From Thermoplasmatota archaeon (lineage in GTDB: Archaea; Thermoplasmatota; E2; JACPAO01; JAHFTW01), in NCBI GenBank assembly GCA_041601615.1, contig JBFIHX010000002.1, positions 64,001 through 128,000 on the forward strand: 64,000 bases of DNA, given 5' to 3'. Both the position numbers and the translations under genes were made by a program. Of the stretch, positions 29,621-39,271 are shown piece after piece. A model generated the notes under the pieces. It searched no databases. It worked only from the letters and a program-made list of their open reading frames with translations, and was not told the DNA's origin. Positions within the stretch are counted from its first letter, which is position 1, and each line of letters begins with the position of its first letter.

Positions 29621-30322
29621 GTGCGCCTGCGTGCCGCCATCCTCGACTTGGACCACACCCTCATCGATTTCGAGCGCATGAAGCGCATGGCCAGCGACGC
29701 CGCCGCCCGCGCCATGGTGCGCGCCGGAGCAGAATTCTCATTCACCGCAGACGAAGCCGGCGACATCCTGTTTGGTGACTACAAGGCAAACCTCGACGGC
29801 GACCGCATCTTCGAGACGTTCCTACAAACCCACCACCAAAATCGGTCCAACCTGAACCAACACGCAAAGGACCGCATCATCGCCGCCGCCGTCAACGCCT
29901 ACCTAGAAGCCAAAAGACTGCACACCCAACCCTACCCAGCCGTGCAGCGCACCCTCCTAGAACTGGCCCGACGCGGCCTACGCATGGGCATCGTCACCGA
30001 CGCCCCCCGCTTCAAAGCCTACCAACGCCTGGACCTTGCCGGCCTCACCGACTTCTTCGACTTCGTACTCACAAACGAGGACGAACCCATCGGGCAAGAG
30101 CGATTCCGCCACGCCCTCCAACGATTCGGCACCGACCCCAAAGCAACCCTCGCCGTAGGCGCCTGGAACGTACCCGAAGTCCAAGCCGCCAAAAACCTCG
30201 GACTGCCAGTCGCATGGGCCGGCTACGGAAGACCCGGAGCCGAACCACCCGCCGGCGTAGACCACAAACTACGCGGATTTGGCGAGTTGCTCAAAATTGA
30301 GGCATTTCGCGGCGGAGAATGA
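29621..30322 (+). CDS. HAD-superfamily hydrolase-like protein
   Basis: ILDLDHTL; GIVTD; DFFDFV; motifs III and IV degenerate. Confidence 0.8.
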   Translation: MRLRAAILDLDHTLIDFERMKRMASDAAARAMVRAGAEFSFTADEAGDILFGDYKANLDGDRIFETFLQTHHQNRSNLNQHAKDRIIAAAVNAYLEAKRLHTQPYPAVQRTLLELARRGLRMGIVTDAPRFKAYQRLDLAGLTDFFDFVLTNEDEPIGQERFRHALQRFGTDPKATLAVGAWNVPEVQAAKNLGLPVAWAGYGRPGAEPPAGVDHKLRGFGELLKIEAFRGGE

Positions 30323-30418
30323 CCGCGTCCAACCGCCCGGATGGCACGGTCCCAATCACTTGACCGCGTAGCCAAGGCCAATGCACTCGGAGGAAATTGG
30401 TGCTGGTGCAAGAAAAAA

Positions 30419-30491
30419 TGGCCCCACCCAGATTTGAACTGGAGTCCGTGACTCCCAAAGCCACAAGGATACCAAACTACCCCATGGAGCC
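30419..30491 (-). tRNA. tRNA-Pro(TGG)
   Basis: acceptor GGCTCCA/TGGGGCC; anticodon stem GTGGC/GTCAC with loop TTTGGGA; T loop TTCAAAT; downstream T tract. Confidence 0.93.
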
Positions 30492-30599
30492 GGGGAGAGG
30501 CCTGGCGACTCATGCCCCCCTCTTGAAGCTGGCGCATGCCCTTGGGCCGGGTTTGTGCTCCAGCCGAGCCGTTATGTGCCCCCCTTGGCTGGCCGCCGC

Positions 30600-31082
30600 A
30601 TGGCCATCTGGTCCGATACCGATTTCATCGCTGCCGTGGGCGCGGGCGAGTTCAAGGCGACTCCGTGGCGCCCTGACGACTTGACCCCGAACGGCCTAGA
30701 TCTTCGCATTGGACATGTGCAAATTGTTGGTCAGATGGACAAGCCGGTCACCTCGGGCACGGTGACGATTCCTCCCGGCGCCCGGTTCGTATTGGGCACG
30801 GAGGAATTCCTGGAGATGCCGGTGGCCGCAGTGGGGAGTCTGTGGATTCGCAGCAGCTATGCGCGTCGCGGGGTGCTGGCGTCGTTTGGCAAAGTGGACG
30901 CCGGTTTCCATGGCAACCTCACGGTTGGCTGCTTCAACGCGAGCCACGAGGCGATCGAGATTCCGGTGGGCGATCGGTTCTGCCAGATTGTCTTGGAGGA
31001 CCTCAAGTCGCCTCCGCAGGCTGCCTACGCCGAAAAATCTGGCAACTACCAGGGCCAGACGGGCATCACGATGAGCAAGTGA
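30600..31082 (+). CDS. dcd: dCTP deaminase
   Basis: PNGLDLR; RSSYARRG; VDAGFHGNLT; RFCQIV; YQGQ. Confidence 0.9.
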   Translation: MAIWSDTDFIAAVGAGEFKATPWRPDDLTPNGLDLRIGHVQIVGQMDKPVTSGTVTIPPGARFVLGTEEFLEMPVAAVGSLWIRSSYARRGVLASFGKVDAGFHGNLTVGCFNASHEAIEIPVGDRFCQIVLEDLKSPPQAAYAEKSGNYQGQTGITMSK

Positions 31083-31612
31083 CCGCTGTGTCGCGTTCCG
31101 GTTCGCCGCTGCCGTCCATCCCCGTGCTGCCCTCCATTCCGTTTGCCGGCGCGGTGGATCCATGCACGGCCAACGCGTGCTCCGCTTGCTGCCACGACAT
31201 TGAAATGATCCTCACCGAAGCGGATCTTGCTCGGCTTCAGGCGGCGCGGCCCGGGGAGCCGTTCTGGTTTGAGGCGGACGACGGGTACCTGCAACTGCAC
31301 ACCCGCGACGGCCCGCCCGCAGCCGGCAGCCACGCAGCCCCAGGCGCCGAGCCCCGGCCGTGCTGGTTCTTGGACGAATCCGGTCGCTGCTCGGTTTGGG
31401 CAGATCGACCTGAAGGATGCCGGTTGTACCCGGCGTTTTGGGACGAAGAGGCCCGCGAGGCGAGCTTGGATACGGACTATTGCCCGCACACCGAGGGGTT
31501 CCGGTTGCCGAGGGCCGTCGGGGACGCCGTTCGTCGAATCGGAGACCGATTGGTGGCGGAACGAGAGGCCCGCGTAGGGCGCCTCGGCCCAGATGTATCG
31601 CGGACGACTTAA
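31079..31612 (+). CDS. YkgJ-family Cys-cluster protein
   Basis: CxxxCSACC; CWFLD..RCSVW.DRPEGCRLYP; start uncertain. Confidence 0.85.
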   Translation: MTAVSRSGSPLPSIPVLPSIPFAGAVDPCTANACSACCHDIEMILTEADLARLQAARPGEPFWFEADDGYLQLHTRDGPPAAGSHAAPGAEPRPCWFLDESGRCSVWADRPEGCRLYPAFWDEEAREASLDTDYCPHTEGFRLPRAVGDAVRRIGDRLVAEREARVGRLGPDVSRTT

Positions 31613-31636
31613 TCCAGGGATGGCGATGGCCCCTGC

Positions 31637-31924
31637 ATGGGCGCTCTCCAGGCCAATGCGGCCGTCGCCGTCGGCGTGCTGCTGACGGGCCTGTCTCTGC
31701 TGCTGCTCGTGGTTGGGCTCACCTCGTATCTGCGCGTGCGCAACACCAAGCTCCTTTGGGTCAGTGCGGCGTTTTTGGGCTTTGCCGGCCAAGGCCTGTA
31801 CTTCGTGCAGGATGCCTACGCCCGACGGGGTGAACTCGCTCTGTCCTTGGATGCGATGCCGGCGCTTGCCGCCGTGAACCTTGCCATCGTGGTTGCCCTC
31901 TATCTTGCCGTCCTGAAACGCTGA
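31637..31924 (+). CDS. small 3-TM membrane protein (module A)
   Basis: SYLRVRNTKLLWVSAAF; homologous by eye to the proteins at 56786 and 62884. Confidence 0.75.
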   Translation: MGALQANAAVAVGVLLTGLSLLLLVVGLTSYLRVRNTKLLWVSAAFLGFAGQGLYFVQDAYARRGELALSLDAMPALAAVNLAIVVALYLAVLKR

Positions 31925-31930
31925 ACTCCC

Positions 31931-32698
31931 ATGCCGCCGCCCCCGCCGACGAAGAAAACGGTGCTGGACCTGCAGGCCCGGCAGCGCATCGTGGCGTGCA
32001 TCCTGGAAAATCCGGGCTTGCACCTGCGTGCCCTTGCCGAACGGCTGGAGATGCCGGTGTCGACGCTGGAATACCATTGTTATCAGCTCGTCAAGACGGA
32101 TCACTTAGTCACGCGGGAAACGGCGGGGTTCAAGGCGTTCTATCCGGCGGAGGGCATGGATCGCCGCGACAAGGACATCCTGTACTTGGTGCGCCAGGAG
32201 GGGCCGCGCCGAATCTGTGCGCACTTGCTCCTGCATCCGGGAGCAACGCCGAAGGACCTGAAGGGGGCCACAGGTTTGTCTGGGCCGACGCTCAGTTTCC
32301 ACCTCAAAAAACTCTTGGCTGCCGCGTTGTTGCACGAGGAGCCGGCGGGCCGCACGAAGCTCCTGTCGCTGGTGGACGAAGAGCGCGTGGCGAACGTCCT
32401 GGTCACCTACCGCAAGTCGTTTTTGGACGAAACCGTGGACGCGTTTGCCGCGACGTGGCTCGACATGGCGGCACCGCGTCGCAAGGCGAAAGCGACCGAG
32501 AGCGCCGAGCGCAGCGTGGTGGAGCGTGCCATCGAAGCCGAGGAGACCGAGGACGCGAAGGACGCACCCACGAACGGCGCCAACAACCACGACTCGGCGC
32601 AGCTAGGCGCTTCCGCTGCGACGGAGCCCGAATTCGAGGTGCACCACGCTGAGCCCCAAGTGCAAACCGAGGAGCCTCCTCCCTTGCGGCGTCAGTAA
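31931..32698 (+). CDS. tandem winged-helix transcriptional regulator (module A)
   Basis: ENPGLHLRAL...STLEYH and HPGATPKDL...TLSFHLKKL repeats; acidic tail. Confidence 0.88.
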   Translation: MPPPPPTKKTVLDLQARQRIVACILENPGLHLRALAERLEMPVSTLEYHCYQLVKTDHLVTRETAGFKAFYPAEGMDRRDKDILYLVRQEGPRRICAHLLLHPGATPKDLKGATGLSGPTLSFHLKKLLAAALLHEEPAGRTKLLSLVDEERVANVLVTYRKSFLDETVDAFAATWLDMAAPRRKAKATESAERSVVERAIEAEETEDAKDAPTNGANNHDSAQLGASAATEPEFEVHHAEPQVQTEEPPPLRRQ

Positions 32699-34107
32699 AG
32701 GTCTTCGTGGCGCCGGCGCGGCAGGAGCATGGTTGCCGCGGCCACCATGACACCGCCGAGGCCCGCGGCGATGCCGATGAGCACACTCGGCTGGGTCAGG
32801 TACTCGGCCACGTTTTGGAGCGTCACGATGTGGGTGCTCCAGTGCGGGAAACTCACCAGGACCTGGATGCCGTCGGCGTCTTGCACAATCCAGTATTCGG
32901 GTTGGCCGGCGTCGTCGGTGGGGTCAAGCACATCCTTGAGGCCGCCGTCGGCCATTCCAAACACCACTTCGGTGCGGGTGCCGTCATCGTTGAGGTCAAA
33001 GTAGCGCAGCTTGAGCGCGGAGGTGGCAGATACCGAAAGCCCGTCTAGGAGTGCCGGGTCGAGATCCAGTACGACGGTGCGGCCGGCGTCCAGTTCGGCG
33101 CTGACTTGGATTTCGAGGATGCTGTCGCCCACGAGTTCGTCCGGAGCCGCGACTTGGACCTCCATGTCGTCGTATTCGGTAACTTCCACGTCGGAGACTG
33201 TGCGTTCGGCGCCGCCAGAGGGGCTGACGGGGGCCGAGGGGCTTTGGCCGCCTGCCATTTCTCCGGTGAATCCTGCGTCGCGGGCAGCAACGAAGGAGGC
33301 AGGAAGCTTGCGAATGGAGACTTTGGCCCCCAGGTGGCGGTCGGCTTCGGCTCGTTCTAGGGCTTCGTCCACTTCTTGTTTTTCGGGCGTGGAAGCGGGC
33401 TTGCTCTCCTTGGGTTCCAAGTGGAATGCCGCGAATCCATACACAGAAAGTTTGTCGCCATCAATGACGATGCGGTCCGAGGCGAGCTTGCCAGTCATTT
33501 CTCCATACTCAAGCAGGAGGAAATGGCCACGCTCCGTCATGCCGTGGCGACCAAGCAGGGTCCCCGCAGGCAAATCCAACAGGAGGGGTGCGGTCTTGCT
33601 CTTGTATTCGAGGTTGCCTCGAGCGGAGTCTTGCAGTTGCAGCACCGATTCGTTGGTGCGGATGCGCACGACGCCTTGGTGCACGTCGAGTGCTACTTCG
33701 CCTTGGTCTGTGAAGACGATGGCGTCGAAGGCGAGCCGGCCGTCGACCTCATAGGCAGTCAGAGTGCGGTTCTCTCGGTCCAACTCGAAGGAAACGTGGC
33801 GCGCGTCGCGGCGGGCGTCCTCCGTGTCCTGCTCGAACCGTTCTTCGCTTGATTGACAGCGTCGCTCCTCGGGATGCTCCTTGCAGTACGCTTCGGCGCG
33901 ATCCCGGGCGGTTTTGTTCTGGTCCGAGTCAGGCCGCTGTTCGCCTTGGTTGCTCGGAGGCGCATCTTTGCCGGCGCCGTCCCGGTCTTCTTTCGAATCG
34001 GGGCAAGAGTCGTCCCTGCATTCGTCGCCGTCATACCCGTTGGATTGCGCCGCTGCAAGGGGGAGCGACAGGAGCATGAGGGTCAGCAGGAACGGCAAGA
34101 TTCGCAT
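32692..34107 (-). CDS. secreted protein with C-terminal TM anchor
   Basis: signal peptide MRILPFLLTLMLLSLPLAAA; charged Cys-containing N-region; PHWSTH; TM-RRR end. Confidence 0.78.
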   Translation of the reverse strand: MRILPFLLTLMLLSLPLAAAQSNGYDGDECRDDSCPDSKEDRDGAGKDAPPSNQGEQRPDSDQNKTARDRAEAYCKEHPEERRCQSSEERFEQDTEDARRDARHVSFELDRENRTLTAYEVDGRLAFDAIVFTDQGEVALDVHQGVVRIRTNESVLQLQDSARGNLEYKSKTAPLLLDLPAGTLLGRHGMTERGHFLLLEYGEMTGKLASDRIVIDGDKLSVYGFAAFHLEPKESKPASTPEKQEVDEALERAEADRHLGAKVSIRKLPASFVAARDAGFTGEMAGGQSPSAPVSPSGGAERTVSDVEVTEYDDMEVQVAAPDELVGDSILEIQVSAELDAGRTVVLDLDPALLDGLSVSATSALKLRYFDLNDDGTRTEVVFGMADGGLKDVLDPTDDAGQPEYWIVQDADGIQVLVSFPHWSTHIVTLQNVAEYLTQPSVLIGIAAGLGGVMVAAATMLLPRRRHEDLY

Positions 34108-34137
34108 GACTACAACCCTCATGGGGGCGCCGTAGGG

Positions 34138-34165
34138 TATAACCTCATTCGGACAAGGGTCGAAC
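34138..34165 (-). promoter_or_regulatory. putative operator + TATA box for gene 32692-34107
   Basis: minus strand GTTCGACCCTTGTCCGA-N4-GGTTATA, matching 13794-13821. Confidence 0.55.
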
Positions 34166-34242
34166 AATCGCGCTTCGGCCGCCCCCCGCTCAGCCCCAAG
34201 TCTTTATCATCTGCGGACTCCCCCGCCAACAGGAGGACCCCT

Positions 34243-35358
34243 TTGGCAACGATCGCGGAGCAGATCAAGGAGCTCGAGGCGGAGATCCTCAAGACGCAAA
34301 AGAACAAGGCGACGGAGTTCCACATTGGGAAACTCAAGGCAAAAATTGCCGCCTTGAAGCGTGACATGGAAAAGCAGGCGGCAGCCAGTGGTGGAGCGGG
34401 CCTGAGCTACTCCGTAAAAAAGAGCGGCAACGCCACTGTGGGCCTGATTGGACTTCCTAGCGTCGGAAAATCGACCATTCTGGGCGCCCTCACCGGAAAA
34501 GAATCCGAGGTGGCCGCGTACGCCTTCACCACCCTCACCGTCATTCCGGGCATGCTGAAGCATCGCCACGCGGACATTCAGATCCTCGACATGCCGGGCA
34601 TCATTGCAGGCGCGCACTTGAACAAGGGTCGCGGCAAGGAAGTGATTGCGGCCGCACGCAACTCCGACCTGATTCTGCTGACGCTGGACGCCAAGCAGGC
34701 CAAGAAGCACATGCCGGTGATCATCCGAGAATTGGAGCAGTCGGCCATTCGCATCAACCGCCGCGCCAAGGACATCAAGGTCTATTATACGGATCGAGGC
34801 GGCATCAACATCCAGAGCACCTGCAAGCAGTCGCACATGACGCTGGAGCAGATTGAGGACATTGTGCGCCAGTTCCGAGTCAACAACGCCGATGTAGTGG
34901 TGCGCGAGGACATCACCGTCGAGGACCTTGTGGACCACTTGAGCGGCAATCGCGTCTACATCAAGGCGGTCGCCATCGTCAACAAAGTGGATCTCGTGGG
35001 CGAGGAAGGATTCCAGGAAATCAAACGCTGGCTCAAAACCCAGGGGTTCCCGGCGATTCCCATGGTCGCCAATAAGAAAATGGGCGTGGAGCCGGCCAAG
35101 GACTTCATCTACGAAGCGCTTGGCATGATGCAGGTGTTCCTGAAGCCCCAAGGCGGCGAGGCAGACCTAGACGAGCCCCTGATTGTCATGGAAGACAGCG
35201 ACGTGGGCATGGTTTGCGACATGCTGCACCGCGAATTCCGCAAGAAGTTCCGATTCGCGAATGTCTGGGGCAAGAGCGCGAAGTTCCCCGGCCAAACCGT
35301 TGGAATTGACCACGTCTTGAAAGACGGCGATTTGCTCACTATTGTGACGCGGCGCTGA
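34243..35358 (+). CDS. DRG/Rbg-family GTPase (Obg superfamily, TGS domain)
   Basis: KNKATEFHIG; GLPSVGKS; YAFTT; DMPG; NKVD; WGKSAKFPGQ; AGGAGG upstream of TTG start. Confidence 0.96.
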   Translation: MATIAEQIKELEAEILKTQKNKATEFHIGKLKAKIAALKRDMEKQAAASGGAGLSYSVKKSGNATVGLIGLPSVGKSTILGALTGKESEVAAYAFTTLTVIPGMLKHRHADIQILDMPGIIAGAHLNKGRGKEVIAAARNSDLILLTLDAKQAKKHMPVIIRELEQSAIRINRRAKDIKVYYTDRGGINIQSTCKQSHMTLEQIEDIVRQFRVNNADVVVREDITVEDLVDHLSGNRVYIKAVAIVNKVDLVGEEGFQEIKRWLKTQGFPAIPMVANKKMGVEPAKDFIYEALGMMQVFLKPQGGEADLDEPLIVMEDSDVGMVCDMLHREFRKKFRFANVWGKSAKFPGQTVGIDHVLKDGDLLTIVTRR

Positions 35359-35393
35359 AGCTGCGCTCCGGGGTGGCCGAGGCAAGGCCTTGG

Positions 35394-35960
35394 TTACGGT
35401 CCGGTGCCGACGAAGAAGGCGTTGACGGCGCACTGGGCGACCCAGGACGTGGTGCCGAGCACCCAGGTTTCTTCGGCGACACAGCGCACGGCGTCGATGT
35501 GGTTGGTGGTGAGTTTGCCGGTGTACTGGATGCCGGGGGCGGGAGTCGTGACGCTGATGTCGTCTTGCACCAAGCCATTGCTCATGCAGGAGGTGGTTGC
35601 TTTGAGGAGTCCAACCGGGATGAGGCTAGGTGTGGGGAAGTGGTCCATGGGTACGCCAGGAGTGGGGAACCAGGCAATGGCGCCTGCGTAGATTTGGTTG
35701 CAACCCGGGAAGAATCCGGGCACGGACACGGGCGGCGGCGCGCAGGTGACTTCGTGGGTGAACGTCGGTCCCGCGCTCGTACTGCTGATGTTGCCGCAGG
35801 TCCAGCCGGGCATGGTCATGATGAGGTCCACGTTGCCGGTGCCGTCGCCCATCAAGACGATGAGTTCGGAGGAGTACACGGCGTCTGCGTCGTGGCCGAC
35901 GGAAAGGGGGGCAGAAAGCAGGGCCGTGAAGATGAGTAGAGCGACAGCAATGGAGCGCAT
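35394..35960 (-). CDS. secreted Cys-containing hypothetical protein
   Basis: signal peptide MRSIAVALLIFTALLSA; six Cys. Confidence 0.65.
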   Translation of the reverse strand: MRSIAVALLIFTALLSAPLSVGHDADAVYSSELIVLMGDGTGNVDLIMTMPGWTCGNISSTSAGPTFTHEVTCAPPPVSVPGFFPGCNQIYAGAIAWFPTPGVPMDHFPTPSLIPVGLLKATTSCMSNGLVQDDISVTTPAPGIQYTGKLTTNHIDAVRCVAEETWVLGTTSWVAQCAVNAFFVGTGP

Positions 35961-36070
35961 CGGCCCGTTACGGGGGCGTCGAGATTTGGCTGTGGCCGTC
36001 GCTTCCTTCCCCGCTTTGCGCTCGCCTTCCCTACGGTACAATCTTGTACAATCGCCGGAGTGGGCAAAAC

Positions 36071-36379
36071 GTGTCGGAGTGGACGGAAGCATTGGGTCTG
36101 GACGAACTTCCGGACGGATCACCCCATGCGGTTCGCGTGGGCACGACTCGCGTCTTGTTCGTGCGGCAGGCGGAGGCGGTGCATGCGTTCGAGGCTGTTT
36201 GTCCGCACAAGTTTGCAGATTTGGCCGAGGGACACTTAGAGGACGGGTGCCTGCATTGCCCGATGCACGATGCCGCATTCCATATGGATGGCACACCGCG
36301 CGCCGGGGACGAATGGGCAGGGAATTTGTCCCTGTACCCGTGCCGAGTGGAAGAGGGACGCGTCCTGGTTCAACTCTAA
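36071..36379 (+). CDS. Rieske-type ferredoxin
   Basis: CPHK and CPMHDAAF motifs; about 100 aa. Confidence 0.9.
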   Translation: MSEWTEALGLDELPDGSPHAVRVGTTRVLFVRQAEAVHAFEAVCPHKFADLAEGHLEDGCLHCPMHDAAFHMDGTPRAGDEWAGNLSLYPCRVEEGRVLVQL

Positions 36380-36454
36380 CGCGCCTCGGGAACAACCGTG
36401 GAGTGGACTCCGATAAGCAGCCAAGACTGCCGCGCGCCGAGGGCCGTGCGTAGC

Positions 36455-36691
36455 CTATTCGTTCATTTGGTCGGCGGAATGCCGCTGCATCATGGCAGCC
36501 CCCCAGGAGCGCCACAAGAGCCCGAAAGCAATCGGGCCCATCCAGGCGGCACTTAGAATCGCCGCGGCCTTTGCGTCCAATTCAAGGGCAACCAATGCGC
36601 CAAGAAAGAGGGCCAAGCCGAGCAGGCCGCCAATCAGGATGCCGGAACCAAGCAAGCGGTGTTGCCGGTAGAAGGGCTCTAGGTCATCCAT
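36455..36691 (-). CDS. small 2-TM membrane protein
   Basis: two hydrophobic helices; AT-rich upstream region with TATA-like TTATAAG. Confidence 0.45.
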   Translation of the reverse strand: MDDLEPFYRQHRLLGSGILIGGLLGLALFLGALVALELDAKAAAILSAAWMGPIAFGLLWRSWGAAMMQRHSADQMNE

Positions 36692-36866
36692 GTGCTTGGG
36701 CTCGGGCACCACACCAAGGACCATGTATTGCAAGAAGGAGCAGGAAACCCGGATAGGCGTTGCCATGTAGCACGAGGAATAGTATCCACATGTCAACTCG
36801 TGTCTTCTTATAAACAACACACCCACGTTGTAGCGGATTGGAGGGCGCTGCGACGCTGTGTGCGGC

Positions 36867-37610
36867 TTATTCCGGTGATGTTCCCTCGATTTCGGTGACG
36901 CGCTCGCGCACGGTCCAGAGGGCGGGCCAGAGTGTCTGGTGGATGTCCTCTTCGAGTTGGCGCACGGCGTACCCTTTGAGGCTCTTGACGTCGCGACCGA
37001 TGATGCGCTTGACCACTGCAAGGTGCGCTTGGCGCCACAAGTAGACTTCCTGGTCGAAGTCGGTCATCGCTTCAAGCAAGACAAACAGGTCGCTGCGGTG
37101 TCCGGCGCGCAAGTACACATCGTCGATGCTCTCGGATTCTCGTTCGAGGAGGGCTTCTACGTGGGGCCAGACGGTCGGCGCTTCTTTTTGGAGGATGCGG
37201 AAGCCGGGGCTTTCGGCGCCGCTGCCGTTGCCAAGTTGCCTGCGTACTTCGTGGAAGTCGTTCGGAGCCATGGTGTCAAAGACCGCCAAGGCCATGGTGT
37301 TGGCGGCTATGGCCTTGCGGCATCGTCGCAGCAGGCGTACGGACGTAAACAGCTCGTCCGCGTCCAGGTAGCCCTTCAGGCGCCCTAGTTCCTCGCGAAC
37401 AAGCTTGAGCCACAGCTCGAAGCTCTGGTGGATGGTCTGAAACAGCAATTCATCAGGATGCGCTCGCTCTTCCGGCAGCTTCTGAAGGCTCAGGAGTTCG
37501 TCCACGCGCATGTATCGTTCGTAGTCGGTGTCGCCGGAGCCAGGAAGGCTCGGCCCGTCCGTTCCGTGAACGGGGCATCCGTGACCTGTGGCGATGTTTT
37601 CGTTGTCCAT
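36867..37610 (-). CDS. tryptophan 2,3-dioxygenase superfamily heme enzyme
   Basis: YERY..LLSLQ; DELLFQTIHQSFELW; GSGAESPGF; WRQAH (proximal His). Confidence 0.9.
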   Translation of the reverse strand: MDNENIATGHGCPVHGTDGPSLPGSGDTDYERYMRVDELLSLQKLPEERAHPDELLFQTIHQSFELWLKLVREELGRLKGYLDADELFTSVRLLRRCRKAIAANTMALAVFDTMAPNDFHEVRRQLGNGSGAESPGFRILQKEAPTVWPHVEALLERESESIDDVYLRAGHRSDLFVLLEAMTDFDQEVYLWRQAHLAVVKRIIGRDVKSLKGYAVRQLEEDIHQTLWPALWTVRERVTEIEGTSPE

Positions 37611-37745
37611 GGAAGCCCTCATTGCGCATATCTGCGCAACCGCCCATCGGCGGCACCATTTCAACACATTGGCTTGTGGCCAAGGCCCTGAACGTTCCGT
37701 TCCTGCACGACAGGGATTAAATAGCCTCGGGGCCGAGCAAAGGGT

Positions 37746-37934
37746 ATGGGCCTCGCACGATTTGCCACCAAGCTCGCCTGGAAGACGACCAAGTTCACTG
37801 TGAAGCATGTGGTTGTCCCCATTGCCATCAGCGCCATGGCCGCCATTGTCATCAACGACATCGCCGAACGTGTTCGCGCCGGCACCCCGGAACCCCACGG
37901 CCGCGTGGACGCCGTCATCCGGCCCGAACCCTAA
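37746..37934 (+). CDS. small single-TM hypothetical protein
   Basis: 62-aa ORF with one TM, preceded by TTAAATA. Confidence 0.5.
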   Translation: MGLARFATKLAWKTTKFTVKHVVVPIAISAMAAIVINDIAERVRAGTPEPHGRVDAVIRPEP

Positions 37935-38022
37935 GCGCGCTCCAGAATCGTGCCCGTCTCCGCTGCGTTCGCGTGGCGGCGCCCCTCCCCACCTTTTTCA
38001 TCCCCCCCTTGGTCGCACCGCC

Positions 38023-39198
38023 GTGGTCGATTTCCTGCTCACGGATGAACAGCGCATGATTCGCGACATGACGCGAAGCTTCGTACAGGAGCACATTACG
38101 CCCGCGAACGTGCGCGAGTGGGAGCGCGCCGGCCACCACCCGGACGACATCTACACCAAGATGGCCGCACAGGGCTTGCTCGGCAGCAGTTTTCCGCAAG
38201 AATACGGCGGCGCGGGCCTCGACGCCATCGCCTACGCCCTGTTGACCGAAGAATTGGCCAAGGGGTGCAGCAGTTTGCGCACCAGCATCAGTGTCCACGG
38301 CAGCCTTGCCGGTACGACCCTGAAGTACTTCGCCGACGACGCACAAAAGAAGCGCTGGCTGCCAGACATGGCGACGGGCACGAAACTTGGTGCTTGGGCG
38401 CTCACGGAGCCCGGCAGCGGTTCGGACGCCGCCGGCATGAGCACCACCGCCCGCAAGGATGGCGATGCGTACGTCCTGAATGGCCAGAAGGCTTGGATCA
38501 GCAACGGTGGTATTGCCGACCACGTCATCGTCTACGCCAAAACCGACCCCGATGGCGGCCACAAGGGCATCAGTTGCTTCCTCGTCGACAAGGGCACGCC
38601 CGGCTTCGAGGTCATTGCGTTGGAGACCAACAACAAACTCGGTCTTCGCAGCAGCCCCACCGCCACGCTGGCCTTCGAGGAGTGCCGCATTCCGGCCGCC
38701 AACCGCATCGGCGAAGAAGGAAGCGGCTGGAAGAACGCCATGTTCGTGCTCAACCACGGCCGCCTGTCCGTGGCCGCTGGCGGTGTCGGCATCGCCCAAG
38801 CCGCCTATGAGGCGAGTCTCAAGTATGTCCACGATCGCCACGCCTTCGGCAAGCCCATCGGTTCGTTCCAACTCGTCCAAGCCATGATTGCAGACATGGA
38901 TGTGCAGATCCAAGCATCCCGCCTGCTGGTCTGGGAGGCCGCCCGCCGCCGAGAAGCCTACGACGCAGGCGAATGCAGCTACAAGGAATGGATGCTCGCC
39001 GTGAGCCGCGCCAAGTTGTTTGCCGCCGAGATGAGCCTCAAGGTATGCGAGGACGCCATCCAAATCCACGGCGCCAACGGCTACACGGATGAATTCCCCG
39101 TCGAACGGTACTGGCGCGACGCGAAAGTGCTCGGAATATACGAAGGCACGAACCAGATTCAGCGCCTCATCATCGCGCGCGCTGTGACGGGCCTCTAG
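38023..39198 (+). CDS. acyl-CoA dehydrogenase
   Basis: ALTEPGSGSD; LNGQKAWISNG; AFGKPIGSFQ; QIHGANGY; IYEGTNQIQR. Confidence 0.96.
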   Translation: MVDFLLTDEQRMIRDMTRSFVQEHITPANVREWERAGHHPDDIYTKMAAQGLLGSSFPQEYGGAGLDAIAYALLTEELAKGCSSLRTSISVHGSLAGTTLKYFADDAQKKRWLPDMATGTKLGAWALTEPGSGSDAAGMSTTARKDGDAYVLNGQKAWISNGGIADHVIVYAKTDPDGGHKGISCFLVDKGTPGFEVIALETNNKLGLRSSPTATLAFEECRIPAANRIGEEGSGWKNAMFVLNHGRLSVAAGGVGIAQAAYEASLKYVHDRHAFGKPIGSFQLVQAMIADMDVQIQASRLLVWEAARRREAYDAGECSYKEWMLAVSRAKLFAAEMSLKVCEDAIQIHGANGYTDEFPVERYWRDAKVLGIYEGTNQIQRLIIARAVTGL

Positions 39199-39271
39199 GC
39201 TAGATTTGTAGTCGCAAGAGCCGGCCTTTGCCACGCAATCCTTGGCCCACCTGCCGATTCAGGGCGGGAGT

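Noticed and set aside
30323-30600. Integrated element at tRNA-Pro or tRNA-Ser
   Set aside because: No integrase and no duplicated tRNA 3' end (att site) seen in the window
37915-39234. 439-aa minus-strand ORF and many similar Arg/Pro-rich or antisense ORFs in the track
   Set aside because: They overlap well-supported genes in other frames, typical of high-GC DNA
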